64,000 bases of DNA from a candidate division TM6 bacterium GW2011_GWF2_28_16. GTDB lineage: Bacteria; Patescibacteriota; Microgenomatia; UBA1400; PJMF01. The stretch spans positions 398,936 to 462,935 of the forward strand of contig CP011212.1 in NCBI GenBank assembly GCA_001029715.1. The letters run 5' to 3'. The notes beneath the pieces were generated by a model. That model was not told the origin of the DNA. It saw only the letters and a list, made by a program, of their open reading frames with translations, and ran no database searches. Made by a program: the position numbers and the translations under genes. Within the stretch, counting starts at the first letter, position 1. The number at the start of each line of letters is the position of its first letter. Shown here one piece after another: positions 46,841 to 56,887 of the stretch.

Positions 46841-47542
46841 ATGAACACAAAAGCTATCGAAATGGCAGGCAGTATTGGAATTGAGCTAAGCCAAATAAAT
46901 TCAGAATGGACTTCTCTTCAAAGCATTGATTCTTCTTCAATATTAGAGAATGCAGGTAAGGAAGCAGGCATAGAAGATCGTCAGTGGCAAAAATTGCTTT
47001 CTCAAGCTGGTTCTTGGGTGATTGATGGTTTGGATAAAAAGATATTTGAAATACAAAATAAAGTAATTGAGCAAACAACTGCCATTGAGTTAAGAAAAAT
47101 GTTTGGTGTTCCACTTTCATTGCTAGCAATGCCTGTTTTTGTAGAGTTGGCAGGAATGGAATTGGCAGCGAAAATTGATTTGAAAAAAGAAGCCATGATG
47201 ACCTCTCAAATTTGGGAACAAATTAATAACAGAGTTTTATATATGGTTCAACTTTTCTTAGCAGAGCAAATCAATTTGGTCGAAGATGAAGAAAAAGCTC
47301 ATCAGAGTGCTTTGAGTGAATCAAAGAAAGAAGCCGACGGAGTCTCTGGTTTATCAGAAACGGTGGGAGCTGTGGAGAATCAATTTGCTTCAAAGCTGGA
47401 AAAACTAAAAGATAAGAAAGAATCTTTAATAAGTGTTTTCAAAAAGATTGGTGGAGATTTAGTTAATACTGTTGAGAGAGCTTTTGAGACTACTGTTTTT
47501 AGTGCGAGTAGGCAAAGTACTGCTGTTACGGTGATTCAATAA
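46841..47542 (+). CDS. Hypothetical protein (start trimmed to MNTKAIEMAGS after the AAGAAAGG RBS)
   Basis: ORF track frame 46763..47542. Its first 26 codons overlap the terminator hairpin, so the downstream Met is preferred. Confidence 0.4.
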   Translation: MNTKAIEMAGSIGIELSQINSEWTSLQSIDSSSILENAGKEAGIEDRQWQKLLSQAGSWVIDGLDKKIFEIQNKVIEQTTAIELRKMFGVPLSLLAMPVFVELAGMELAAKIDLKKEAMMTSQIWEQINNRVLYMVQLFLAEQINLVEDEEKAHQSALSESKKEADGVSGLSETVGAVENQFASKLEKLKDKKESLISVFKKIGGDLVNTVERAFETTVFSASRQSTAVTVIQ

Positions 47543-47547
47543 ACTTG

Positions 47548-47618
47548 ATCCCGGGCCAGGATTTGAACCTAGAATAATTGATTCAGAGTCAATTGTGATG
47601 CCATTTCACTACCCGGGA
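47548..47618 (-). tRNA. tRNA-Gln (anticodon CUG)
   Basis: Reverse complement TCCCGGGTAGTGAAATGGCATCACAATTGACTCTGAATCAATTATTCTAGGTTCAAATCCTGGCCCGGGA-T. U1-A72, D-arm GTGA/TCAC, anticodon loop CTCTGAA, T-loop TTCAAAT. Confidence 0.8.
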
Positions 47619-47690
47619 GGGTAAATTTTAAGATTTTTTTATTCTCTGATTATATAACAAAAGCAGTTTTTTGTTCTACAGAGGATAAAT

Positions 47691-48356
47691 ATGAAAAAAA
47701 TATTAATTTTAGAAAATGACTGGACTCTTTTATCTTCTTTAAGCGATTTTTTAAAAAAGAAGGGACATTTATCTTATTGTTCTCAATCTATAAAAAGAGC
47801 TGAAGAATTACTCAAAAAAAAGACCTTTGATTTATTTTTATGCGAAAGGGTTTTGCCAGATGGAGATACTTTAGATTTATTAGAAAAAATGAAAGAAAGA
47901 AAGCTTTTTACGAGAGTTTTAGTTTTTAGTTCTAAAAAATCTTTAGTAGATCGGATTGCTACATTAAAATTAGCAGATGATTTTATAGCCAAACCATTTA
48001 ATTTTACGGAATTAACTTTAAAAATAAAGAATATCTTATGTTTAGAAAAAATAAGAGATCAAGATTTTTTTGAAAATTCATTTCTCTCGCTTAAAGAAGA
48101 TAGTTTTTTTACTGATAAAGTAAATCATTTTCGTCCTCAAGAATTAAAAATTTTAGAATGTTTCTCTAAGCATAGAAATTTTGTTATTTCGTATGAAACC
48201 ATATCCTCTTATGTTTGGGGCTATAAAGAAACAATTCCTCTTAAAAAAACAATTAGTGTTTATATTAGAAGAATAAGAATAAAGCTTCCAAATAATTTTA
48301 AGATAGAAACAATTAAAAATAGAGGATATAGATTTATTAATTTAAAGGAAAAATAA
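47691..48356 (+). CDS. OmpR-family response regulator, atypical receiver (Glu in place of the phospho-acceptor Asp)
   Basis: Receiver and winged-helix (IKNRGYRFI) domains. The block aligning to DLILLD reads DLFLCE, and the N-terminal acidic pair is ND. Conserved S/T (VFSS) and K (AKPF) are kept. Confidence 0.6.
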   Translation: MKKILILENDWTLLSSLSDFLKKKGHLSYCSQSIKRAEELLKKKTFDLFLCERVLPDGDTLDLLEKMKERKLFTRVLVFSSKKSLVDRIATLKLADDFIAKPFNFTELTLKIKNILCLEKIRDQDFFENSFLSLKEDSFFTDKVNHFRPQELKILECFSKHRNFVISYETISSYVWGYKETIPLKKTISVYIRRIRIKLPNNFKIETIKNRGYRFINLKEK

Positions 48357-48786
48357 TTCTAAAAGTGGCACCTTTATTTTTTTTAGAAATAATTTCTAAT
48401 TTAGCTTTAAATTCCTTTTCTAAAATTTCATTAATTTGGAACATATTTGAATTGGAGTTTTTTTCTCTAAATAAAAACCCTTTTTGTTTGACTAGTGCTT
48501 TTTCTAAAAAAGACAGGCCAATTCCTCCACCCGTTATACTTATTGAAAGTTTTTTTGAACTTTCGATATTGCTAGTAATTAGAATTACTTTATTTTCTGA
48601 ATTGCTATTTGGATAAGCTTGTTCTGCATTCTTTATTAGTTTGTTTAGTAATTCTTCAAAAATATATTTTTTGCCAGGAATTCTAATTTCATTAGGAAGA
48701 TCAATTTTCAAAATGTAAACAAACTTCTTTTGCTTGATACGTAAAATGTTGGTGGTTTTTATAATTATTTCTCCAACATTTTTCAT
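48337..48786 (-). CDS. Stand-alone HATPase_c (GHKL ATPase) domain protein
   Basis: N-box-like LLNKLIKNAEQAY and G2 ITGGGIGLSF, with no DHp/H-box. 20-nt convergent overlap with the response regulator. Confidence 0.5.
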   Translation of the reverse strand: MKNVGEIIIKTTNILRIKQKKFVYILKIDLPNEIRIPGKKYIFEELLNKLIKNAEQAYPNSNSENKVILITSNIESSKKLSISITGGGIGLSFLEKALVKQKGFLFREKNSNSNMFQINEILEKEFKAKLEIISKKNKGATFRIIFPLN

Positions 48787-48818
48787 GATGGAGAAATTTT
48801 AAAACTTCAACTTAAAAT

Positions 48819-50321
48819 TTATTTAAAATTCTCTTCTTTTATCTCCCAAATCTCTAAACAAGGTGCTCCGTTTGGTCGGCAGAAGCTCTTGAGGAGGTCT
48901 GCTTCGGGGAGTTTCATTTCTAGGCGATGAGAATTAACTATTAATAATTTGTTGTCAAAATCTCTGGCTTTTTGCCAAAACTCAGCGGGAATTTCTCTAA
49001 CTGGTTGACCGATGCCTTCGACGTAAATATTTTCAACGTTTTGATTATGGAGATTGAGCAAGATACCATCTGGGAGAGTGCCAAAATAGCCCTCGGTGGC
49101 GACGGCTACCCTTTGTGTTTCGGCTAGCTCTTGGATATAGGAGACCGATTCTTTGATGCCATGTCCTGAAGCCCAGCTTTCGAGAAACTGTTCTCGATCG
49201 ACTCTGCTTAGTTGTAGCTGATCGACTTTGAAGTAAGATGTGGAGATAAATAAAATCGATGGTAAGATAATTAAAAGCAAAAATAGATACTTGAAGATTT
49301 TCTTGTTGAAATTTTGTAGAGAAATAGTTGCTGAAGCAATAAAAAATAAACTACTGGGTAGGATGTAGCGAGGGTAAATAATTCTTCCGAGCAAAGCCAA
49401 AGGGAAAATAAAAATTAAACCAGATAAAAACAGAACCACTTGTTTACGTCTGGTTTTAGCTGAAAGCGGCAAGGCTAAGAGCAAAATCACTGGTCCCAGA
49501 TAATAAATGAGTTGTTCGTAGAAGAACTGACTGTTTTGCCAAAAAATCGTAAAAATTTCAGTGGACAAAATCACAGAGCGAGGTTGCAAAAAATTCCCTC
49601 CAACAGCAAATAATTGACTGAAAAGCGGTATTATTCTAAAGCTATAAAAAGCCAATCCAGCCAAAAGCAAGCCTACACTAATTTTAATGCTTTTATTAAT
49701 GATTAATTTTAAATTCAATTTTTCTTCAAAAAAAATCGCTAAGTAAAAGACTGGCATGAAGAGAAGAGCTGGGGTTTTACTCATAATGCTTAGTAAGAAA
49801 AAGAAAGCAAAAGGCAAAATTGGCCAGATCTTTTTATTTCTAATTATTAAGAGAGCAAAATAATAAGAAATAATCAGATTGGCAAATAAGAGCCCATCAG
49901 TTAAAGCCATGCGATTATAGAAAAAAGTAAAAGGACTAATAATTGCTAAGAACATGGCCAGATGAGCAGCCTTCTTTTCCTTGATTTTTCTCATGATTAA
50001 GAAAATCATTGAAACACTTACTCCTCCGACTAAAACCGCTAATAACCTAGCCGCGAAAAGCTGGTCAGTAATTAATTTCAAAAAAGGCAACATCAGCCAC
50101 ATCAGTAGAGGGGTTTTACCATCATTCATTGGATAAAAAAGATAGCGATTAAAATCATCAATAATCAGTTGTGACCAGCGAATATAGATTGATTCATCAG
50201 CAAAAACTGGTAAAGAAGTTAAATGAAAAAGATGCAAGGCAAAGTATAAAACAAGCAAAGCTAAAAAGAAAAAAAGAGTTTTATTTTTCACTTCTTCTAT
50301 TAAATAGGAAAAAGGTAGCAC
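48819..50321 (-). CDS. GT-C fold membrane glycosyltransferase (ArnT/PMT-like, GT39/83-type)
   Basis: ~11 TM. First-loop DE motif (FADESIYIRW) typical of the polyprenyl-phosphate-sugar-utilising ArnT/PMT family. Large C-terminal soluble domain. Confidence 0.6.
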   Translation of the reverse strand: MLPFSYLIEEVKNKTLFFFLALLVLYFALHLFHLTSLPVFADESIYIRWSQLIIDDFNRYLFYPMNDGKTPLLMWLMLPFLKLITDQLFAARLLAVLVGGVSVSMIFLIMRKIKEKKAAHLAMFLAIISPFTFFYNRMALTDGLLFANLIISYYFALLIIRNKKIWPILPFAFFFLLSIMSKTPALLFMPVFYLAIFFEEKLNLKLIINKSIKISVGLLLAGLAFYSFRIIPLFSQLFAVGGNFLQPRSVILSTEIFTIFWQNSQFFYEQLIYYLGPVILLLALPLSAKTRRKQVVLFLSGLIFIFPLALLGRIIYPRYILPSSLFFIASATISLQNFNKKIFKYLFLLLIILPSILFISTSYFKVDQLQLSRVDREQFLESWASGHGIKESVSYIQELAETQRVAVATEGYFGTLPDGILLNLHNQNVENIYVEGIGQPVREIPAEFWQKARDFDNKLLIVNSHRLEMKLPEADLLKSFCRPNGAPCLEIWEIKEENFK

Positions 50322-51471
50322 TAAGCAAGAGGTAGAAGCTAGGGATTAGCCAAGTAATGGCTTTTTGCAGGCTTTCCAAACTACTTGAATCCAAGTGAAA
50401 ACTCATCCAAGGCAGATAGTACATCCAAGGTAAATAGCGTAGCAATGAAGAAAAGGAAAAAACGATTAATAAATTTCTGAGAAATTTATTTTTGATTAAA
50501 GGTAAAAAGATTAGAGACCAAAGTAAATACCAAGGTAAAAACTGTTTGGATCTTTCAGTTAGCAATGGAGCGAACATTGCTAAAGCCATTAAATCGTAGG
50601 TAGGGAATTTGCCTAGTCTTCCTAGCCTATTTTTGAGTGCTAAATAAATTATTAGAGGTAACAAAACAATTGTGGCAAATTTAATAGAAATTGATACAGT
50701 AAGCAAAACAGCAATTAAGATAATCTTGAAAATTTTTTTCTTTTGTAAATTAGTCGCTAGATAAACAGCTAATAAAGCTGGAGCCAGCATCCATAGATCA
50801 TTATGAGCACTGCTGAGAATTTCAATTAAAAGTAATGGATTTAAAAAGAATAAAGCTAATTTAAAATAGTTAGCTTTCTTGAAAAACTTTTCACTAATCA
50901 GCAGAGCTAGAATTAAGGAAAGAAAAGCAAATAGTTTAAAAACGATAAAGGTGGAAAGAAATTTCCCCAGTCCAGCTAGATATGGCAACAGTGACAAAGT
51001 AGTCCAACCATAACCATATGGAGCCGGGGTGTGAATGTTGTTCATGAAACGCAACATCGGATCATTAGGAAAATTAATGGCAGTTTGAACATGTGGATTA
51101 GCCCCATACTCGATGATCATTTTTGCATTAAAAATATAATTAAAAAGATCGTGAGAGAGGGCGTTGTAAGAAAAAATTAGGGGCAAACTGACAATGATTA
51201 GAAACTTCCAAAAATTTTGGCGAACATCAAGTTTTAAGCCATGCCAATTTTTAAGGATAAGCAAATAATTAATGAAGATCAAAGTGATTAGAACGCCATA
51301 GAAAATAGTTCTAAAATTTTGTAATGGTAAAACATGTTGCCAAAGATAAGTTTGAAGAGAAACAAAAAAATTAAGATTCAGCAAAGTCAGATTAGGATCG
51401 GTCAAAACAAAAGAAAAAATCGCAAAAACAACAAATAAAAAAAAATAACTTTTAAGTAAAAAACTTTTCAT
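50281..51471 (-). CDS. Polytopic membrane protein, GT-C-like (DUF2029/GT87-like mannosyltransferase candidate)
   Basis: ~10 TM; hydrophobic profile and loop pattern only. Confidence 0.4.
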   Translation of the reverse strand: MKSFLLKSYFFLFVVFAIFSFVLTDPNLTLLNLNFFVSLQTYLWQHVLPLQNFRTIFYGVLITLIFINYLLILKNWHGLKLDVRQNFWKFLIIVSLPLIFSYNALSHDLFNYIFNAKMIIEYGANPHVQTAINFPNDPMLRFMNNIHTPAPYGYGWTTLSLLPYLAGLGKFLSTFIVFKLFAFLSLILALLISEKFFKKANYFKLALFFLNPLLLIEILSSAHNDLWMLAPALLAVYLATNLQKKKIFKIILIAVLLTVSISIKFATIVLLPLIIYLALKNRLGRLGKFPTYDLMALAMFAPLLTERSKQFLPWYLLWSLIFLPLIKNKFLRNLLIVFSFSSLLRYLPWMYYLPWMSFHLDSSSLESLQKAITWLIPSFYLLLSATFFLFNRRSEK

Positions 51472-52223
51472 TTTTTTGGATACTTGCCATTTAATTCAGC
51501 CATTCTGATTCGCAAAATATCAGCAAACATCAAAATGGAATCTCTCACCGGACTAACTCTATTACTTTGGAAGTGTTTCCATAAAATTGGTACCTCCTTC
51601 ATTGCAAACCCATATTTTTTAGCTAAATAGAGTAGCTCTACATCAAAGGCACCAGTAAAAGCATCTTGGCGTTCATTTTTACCAGAGTAAATGTATAGAT
51701 TATTAAACAGTTTTTCAGTAGTTCTCTCTGAAAAAAGCTTAAAGCCACACTGACTATCTTGAATGCCGGAAAGAGCCAATAGCTGAACGAGATAGTTAAA
51801 GCCTCTGCCCATCAGATGGCGATAAAAAGGCTCTTTTTCTCTTTTGGCGCCAATTATTTCTCTAGAGCCAAAAATGACTTCATATTCGCTATTATATTTA
51901 AGCAATTTACGAACTTCTCGAAGCGGAGTTGATTGATCAAAATCAGAGAATAAGCGCCAAGCACCATTGGCTTTGAGCATACCAGACTTAACAGTTGGAC
52001 CTTTACCTTTGTGTTGATTCAAAATTAGTTTAATACGCTCATCTTTTCGACTAAATTCTTCTAGAGCTCTGATGGTTCCATCAGTACTACCATCATCAGT
52101 CAGAATTAGCTCCCAAGATTTTTGATAGTCCCTCAGAAATTGGTAAACTTCTTCAAGAATACCACGTCTAATATTTTTCATTTCATTGTAGGAGGGGAGT
52201 ACAACCGACAAATATGGTTTCAT
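51468..52223 (-). CDS. GT2-family glycosyltransferase (polyprenyl-phosphate sugar synthase-like)
   Basis: VVLPSYNEMKNI, DDGSTDGT, DxD-type GT-A signatures; 251 aa. Confidence 0.7.
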   Translation of the reverse strand: MKPYLSVVLPSYNEMKNIRRGILEEVYQFLRDYQKSWELILTDDGSTDGTIRALEEFSRKDERIKLILNQHKGKGPTVKSGMLKANGAWRLFSDFDQSTPLREVRKLLKYNSEYEVIFGSREIIGAKREKEPFYRHLMGRGFNYLVQLLALSGIQDSQCGFKLFSERTTEKLFNNLYIYSGKNERQDAFTGAFDVELLYLAKKYGFAMKEVPILWKHFQSNRVSPVRDSILMFADILRIRMAELNGKYPKK

Positions 52224-52228
52224 AAAAT

Positions 52229-53773
52229 TTATTTATTATAACTAGTTAAAACACTAATTTCTGGACCATTTTCCATTTGAAAAACTTCGTCAATAGTTCT
52301 ACTTGGAAAAACAACTACTTCATAGAGAGATGTATCGAAAATATCATTTCTAACTTCTTTTTCATCATTAATAATAAAAAGTTTAGTGGCTAATTGATGA
52401 TCTTCAAGTTTGACTATTTTGTTTTCTTTAGTACTTAGAAAATATCGATAACTCATGCCATAAGAATCTTTAGATGGGGAAAAGAGAACAATATTATATT
52501 TTTCATCTTTATTAACTCTTCTATAAATCTCATCGCTAGTTTTACTCATGTCTCCTGGTTTCCAGCCAGCGTCTTTAATTGAATATCTACTTATATTACT
52601 TGAAATAAAAAATGCTAAAAATGGCAAAATAATTGCCAACATTAACCATTTATTTTTAAATTTAGCAAAGAAAAGGCCGTAAAGAATATAAACAAAAGGA
52701 AATAGATAGGCGATGTAGTGTTCATAAACCTCATGCTGGTAAAGACTAATGCCAATTATGCCAGGTAACAAATAAGCTAATAATACGATCTCGCTATCTT
52801 TGATTTTATTTTTATTTTTAACTAAATAAAATACGCTTGAAAGCAAAAGAAGATATAAAAGTGGATAATTTATTTTGTTAGCTGCAAAGCTTGGTTCAAA
52901 AAGAATTTGTGAAGCGCGATTTTTCAGATCGATTGTTACAAATTTAGTAATTGCGCCAAAACCTTCTCGACCCTTTTTTCTTTGTAAGTCAAAGCTCTCT
53001 TCCTTAACTAAAATCTTTGTGAAAGATTTGGCATTTGTGAAGTCATGCTTGTAATCAAAAAGCATGAGGGGAGTTAGAGAAATTATGAAAATAAGAACTG
53101 CTAGCGCAACATGTTTAAAAAACCTTTTTTCTTCGACAAAGAAATGTTTTTTGTTATTTTTAATTTTAGCAATGAGTTGGATTAAGAATACAATTCCTGC
53201 TCCTGATAAAGAGAGCAGAGTTACATAGTGCAATTGAATTAACAGGCTAAAACAAAGTGAAACCAAAAGCCAATATTTTGTATTTTTTTTCCAAGCTAAA
53301 AAAGTGAAATAAAACATCAATAAACTAAAAAATGGGGCGATGTTTGGGTTCCAACTAAAACGGGCAAGATTAACCACGCCGGCCGACAAAGTGAAAAAAA
53401 TTGTCGATATATAAGCAGTTTTTTTGTTAAAAAGTTTTTTAGTAATTTTGAAGAGCAAAAAAACTGTTAGAACACTTAAGCCAGCCACGGCATAAACTGG
53501 CCCAATTGGATTTGGGTAAGACAAGAACAAAAATGGCAACATAAAATAATAATAAAAAGGTCCTAAATACATGTTGCCAATACTAGTTACTGGACCAATA
53601 AAAACAGGATCTTTTTCTTTAAAAATTTGTGAAACTACTAAAGCATCTCTTCCCTGATCTCCTTGAAACATAAAAGTGTTTTTGAGATTAAAGAAACGTA
53701 AGAATATGGCTAAAGCTAAGATAAAAAATAAAAATAAGTATTCTTTTTTTATTTTTCTAATAGAGTCAAACAT
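52229..53773 (-). CDS. GT-C-type membrane protein (paralog of the window-end gene at 63591)
   Basis: ~12 TM. N-terminal FQGDQGRDALVV...IGPVTSIGNMYLGPFYYY aligns with FQFDHGKDSLAV...IGPWTSIPGLYFGPAWYY of the 63591 ORF. Start trimmed to MFDSIRK; the ORF-track frame opens at 53836. Confidence 0.55.
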   Translation of the reverse strand: MFDSIRKIKKEYLFLFFILALAIFLRFFNLKNTFMFQGDQGRDALVVSQIFKEKDPVFIGPVTSIGNMYLGPFYYYFMLPFLFLSYPNPIGPVYAVAGLSVLTVFLLFKITKKLFNKKTAYISTIFFTLSAGVVNLARFSWNPNIAPFFSLLMFYFTFLAWKKNTKYWLLVSLCFSLLIQLHYVTLLSLSGAGIVFLIQLIAKIKNNKKHFFVEEKRFFKHVALAVLIFIISLTPLMLFDYKHDFTNAKSFTKILVKEESFDLQRKKGREGFGAITKFVTIDLKNRASQILFEPSFAANKINYPLLYLLLLSSVFYLVKNKNKIKDSEIVLLAYLLPGIIGISLYQHEVYEHYIAYLFPFVYILYGLFFAKFKNKWLMLAIILPFLAFFISSNISRYSIKDAGWKPGDMSKTSDEIYRRVNKDEKYNIVLFSPSKDSYGMSYRYFLSTKENKIVKLEDHQLATKLFIINDEKEVRNDIFDTSLYEVVVFPSRTIDEVFQMENGPEISVLTSYNK

Positions 53774-53777
53774 GGTT

Positions 53778-54974
53778 TTATTTCTTCTTTTTCCAAACAA
53801 AAGTGCTGTAAGCGAAAAAATTCCAGAACATACCAACTAGAATACCCACCACTGCAGATATAACGCCCGTATCAATTATGTAGTTAACAATTGGTAGAGT
53901 AAATACAGGTTTAAGACCAATGGTAGCAGAAGTAAAGTAAGCAATGGCACTCTGAATTAAGATTGAGCCACCAGAAGATAAATTAAAAGTGAGAAAACTC
54001 ATTGGAATCTGACTGGCTTTTAACTTACGATCCTTAAAAGTCCAAAGATTGCTCCAAATAAAATTCGAGACGATAGCTGTTTCAATGGATAAAAAATTAG
54101 CAATCACGAAGCTTTTTTCTGATGAAAATGGTATTCTCCATAAAGATAAGGCGATTAGTTGAACCAAGGCTCCAAACCCTCCAACAATGGCAAATTTCAC
54201 CACTCTCATCTCTAAAATTTCTTTTATTCTAACCTTCATAAGATATAACAAAGTATTTTTGATATACTCTGGCCCTATTTTACTATTACCTACTACTCGA
54301 TCTTTAAATTCAAAAGGCACTTCTGCAATTTTGAAATTTTTACGCAAGGTTTTATGTAAAAAACCTATCTGAAAAGTATAACCTGAAAAACGATCATCAT
54401 GCAATTCATCTTCTATAGATAGGTATACTTCCTTTTTGATTGCTCGAAAGCCTGTCGTCCAATCTCTGATTGAGAAGTCCAGCATCAAAAAATTAATAAA
54501 AGCGTTTCCGACTATGCTTAAAAATTTACGATGTATGCCCCAGTTTTTAGGAATAGAGCCACCCTTAATGTATCTAGATCCTAAAACAAGGTCGTAGCCC
54601 TGATCAATCTTTTTTAAAAAAGCAGGAATTTTTTTAGGATCATGAGAGAGATCGGCATCAAACTCAAAAACTAAGTCTGCTTTTAATTTAGCAAAAGCAT
54701 GATTCATGCCAATCAAATAAGCCCCACCTAAGCCAGATTTTTTTTTATTGATTAATAATTCAAGAAATCTAAACTTTTTTTGTAAACTTTTCACGAGGAT
54801 TGCTGTGCCATCTGGAGAACTATCGTCAACTACTAAGATTTGCATTTGCCAATTTTTAATGCTTTTAAAAATTTCAGCAAGAGACTGGATGGTCTCTGCA
54901 ATATTACCTTTTTCATTATAAGTGGGAATAATGACAACGGCTTTTTTCATCTTAGTTAGGATTTTTACTTTCAA
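53778..54974 (-). CDS. GT2 glycosyltransferase fused to a C-terminal GtrA-like 4-TM domain
   Basis: N-terminus [13 protein letters not shown]...VDDSSPDGT...FDADLSHDP (DPM/DPG-synthase-like). C-terminus [15 protein letters not shown]... with 4 TM (GtrA family). Confidence 0.7.
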   Translation of the reverse strand: MKVKILTKMKKAVVIIPTYNEKGNIAETIQSLAEIFKSIKNWQMQILVVDDSSPDGTAILVKSLQKKFRFLELLINKKKSGLGGAYLIGMNHAFAKLKADLVFEFDADLSHDPKKIPAFLKKIDQGYDLVLGSRYIKGGSIPKNWGIHRKFLSIVGNAFINFLMLDFSIRDWTTGFRAIKKEVYLSIEDELHDDRFSGYTFQIGFLHKTLRKNFKIAEVPFEFKDRVVGNSKIGPEYIKNTLLYLMKVRIKEILEMRVVKFAIVGGFGALVQLIALSLWRIPFSSEKSFVIANFLSIETAIVSNFIWSNLWTFKDRKLKASQIPMSFLTFNLSSGGSILIQSAIAYFTSATIGLKPVFTLPIVNYIIDTGVISAVVGILVGMFWNFFAYSTFVWKKKK

Positions 54975-55929
54975 ATTCTATATCTTGCGTCACCATCAAA
55001 GTAACCAATTCTTCAAAACTAACTGAAGGCTCCCACTTAAGAATCTTTTTAGCTTTTTCTGGATTGCCAATTAATAAATCAACTTCGGCTGGACGATCAT
55101 ATTTTTTATTATGTTTAACGTATTTTTGATAATCTCCTAGACCTGCAACTCTGAAAGCAATTTCCAAGAATTCTCTGACACTATGAGTTTCACCAGTAGC
55201 AATCACAAAATCATCGGCTTTATCTTGCTGTAACATTAACCACATGGCTTTGACGTAATCTTTGGCATAGCCCCAATCTCTCTTTGCATCTAAATTGCCC
55301 AACTCAATAAAGTCTTGTTTACCTAGTTTAATGCGAGCCACAGCATTACTAATCTTACGTGTTACGAATTCTAGTCCGCGACGAGGCGATTCATGATTGA
55401 AAAGAATACCAGAAACAGCAAACATATCGTATGATTCTCGATAGTTAACCGTAATCCAATGTCCATAGACTTTGGCTACGCCATAAGGTGAGCGGGGGTA
55501 AAAGGGAGTATTCTCATTTTGAGGAACTTCTCTAACTTTGCCAAACATTTCACTTGAGCTAGCTTGATAGAATTTAGCTTTTGGACAAGCCAATCTCATA
55601 GCATCTAAAACTCTGGTTACGCCAATAGCGGTAAATTCTCCAGTTAAAACCGGCTGCTCCCAAGAAGCTTTAACAAAAGACTGAGCAGCTAAATTATAAA
55701 TTTCATCTGGCTGGATATCTTGCAAAGCAAAAGTTAAAGAATGTTGATCAATTAAATCTCCAGAAATAAGTTCAAGGTTTGGATTGTGAATAATAGATTT
55801 AATGCGATCGAAATTTTGAGTACTAGTGCGACGGGTTAGGCCATAAACTTTATAACCTTTTTCAAGCAAAAGCTCGGCTAAATAAGAACCGTCTTGTCCA
55901 GTAATGCCCGTGATAAAAGCTTTTTTCAT
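54952..55929 (-). CDS. gmd: GDP-mannose 4,6-dehydratase
   Basis: [29 protein letters not shown] (Gmd N-terminus), [10 protein letters not shown] (YxxxK). Start ATG overlaps the upstream gene's TGA (ATGA). The ORF-track frame opens at 55995. Confidence 0.85.
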   Translation of the reverse strand: MKKAFITGITGQDGSYLAELLLEKGYKVYGLTRRTSTQNFDRIKSIIHNPNLELISGDLIDQHSLTFALQDIQPDEIYNLAAQSFVKASWEQPVLTGEFTAIGVTRVLDAMRLACPKAKFYQASSSEMFGKVREVPQNENTPFYPRSPYGVAKVYGHWITVNYRESYDMFAVSGILFNHESPRRGLEFVTRKISNAVARIKLGKQDFIELGNLDAKRDWGYAKDYVKAMWLMLQQDKADDFVIATGETHSVREFLEIAFRVAGLGDYQKYVKHNKKYDRPAEVDLLIGNPEKAKKILKWEPSVSFEELVTLMVTQDIEFESKNPN

Positions 55930-56870
55930 ATGTTTTCTCTCCAATAATTTAAAATTCTTTCTAAAGTTTCTTTTAATTGGTGATTTTGTTGCCAACCTAA
56001 ATTTACAATCTTTTCATTGTCGCAAACAAGGCTATGAAGGTCAACTGGGCGAATTTTATTTGGATCTATTTCAACCTTAATTTCTGCCTTAGCTAAGTTA
56101 ATCAATAAATCTAGAACTTCTCGGATGCTGTGCCCTTGACCAGAACCAATATTATAAACTTCATTGTTTTGACCCTTTTCCATAATTAAGATGTAGGCAT
56201 TAACGACATCTTTAACATCGGAAAAATCTCTAATACTATCAAGATTGCCAACTTTGACGGAATCTGCTTCACCTTTTTCGACTTTAACCACCGCGGCTGC
56301 AAGATCAGCAACGACAAAACCAAGGGTCTGTCTTTCGCCAATATGATTAAAAGGTCTTACTCTAACAATATTAAGTCCTTCGCTTTTGACAAAAGAATAA
56401 GCCATCATATCTTGAATCAATTTAGATAAAGCGTATGGATTATCTGGACCAAGAGTAGCTTTTTCATCAATGGCTTGATCATTGTCATTAGCAGCATAAA
56501 CAAGAGCAGTGCTAACATGAAGTAGTTTGGCTTGTGGAGCGTGAGCCTTAATGGCTTCAAGCAGATTTAGTTGAAGATTGGTGTTCATTTCCAAAATGAA
56601 CTTACGTTTTTCGAAACTATCTCCAACACTTGCTAGTGAGGCTAAATGATAGATTTCATCTGGTTTCACTGCTGCAATTAAATCTTGAGTGGCTTGATAG
56701 TCAGTTAAATTAATTTGGTAAATATTTTTTTCATCGACGAATTGTTTGACAAACTCACCCTCATCTCGATAAGAAGTTAAATGAATGTTTCTTTCACCTC
56801 TTTTATAAAGCTCTTCAACTAAATGCGAGGCTACAAAGCCAGTGCCGCCAGTGATTAAAATAGTTTTCAT
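55926..56870 (-). CDS. NAD(P)-dependent SDR reductase/epimerase (GDP-4-keto-6-deoxymannose reductase Rmd- or Fcl-like)
   Basis: [14 protein letters not shown] Rossmann motif, YALSKLIQD (YxxxK). Translationally coupled to gmd. Confidence 0.55.
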   Translation of the reverse strand: MKTILITGGTGFVASHLVEELYKRGERNIHLTSYRDEGEFVKQFVDEKNIYQINLTDYQATQDLIAAVKPDEIYHLASLASVGDSFEKRKFILEMNTNLQLNLLEAIKAHAPQAKLLHVSTALVYAANDNDQAIDEKATLGPDNPYALSKLIQDMMAYSFVKSEGLNIVRVRPFNHIGERQTLGFVVADLAAAVVKVEKGEADSVKVGNLDSIRDFSDVKDVVNAYILIMEKGQNNEVYNIGSGQGHSIREVLDLLINLAKAEIKVEIDPNKIRPVDLHSLVCDNEKIVNLGWQQNHQLKETLERILNYWRENI

Positions 56871-56887
56871 ATTGAATCCATTTTCCT

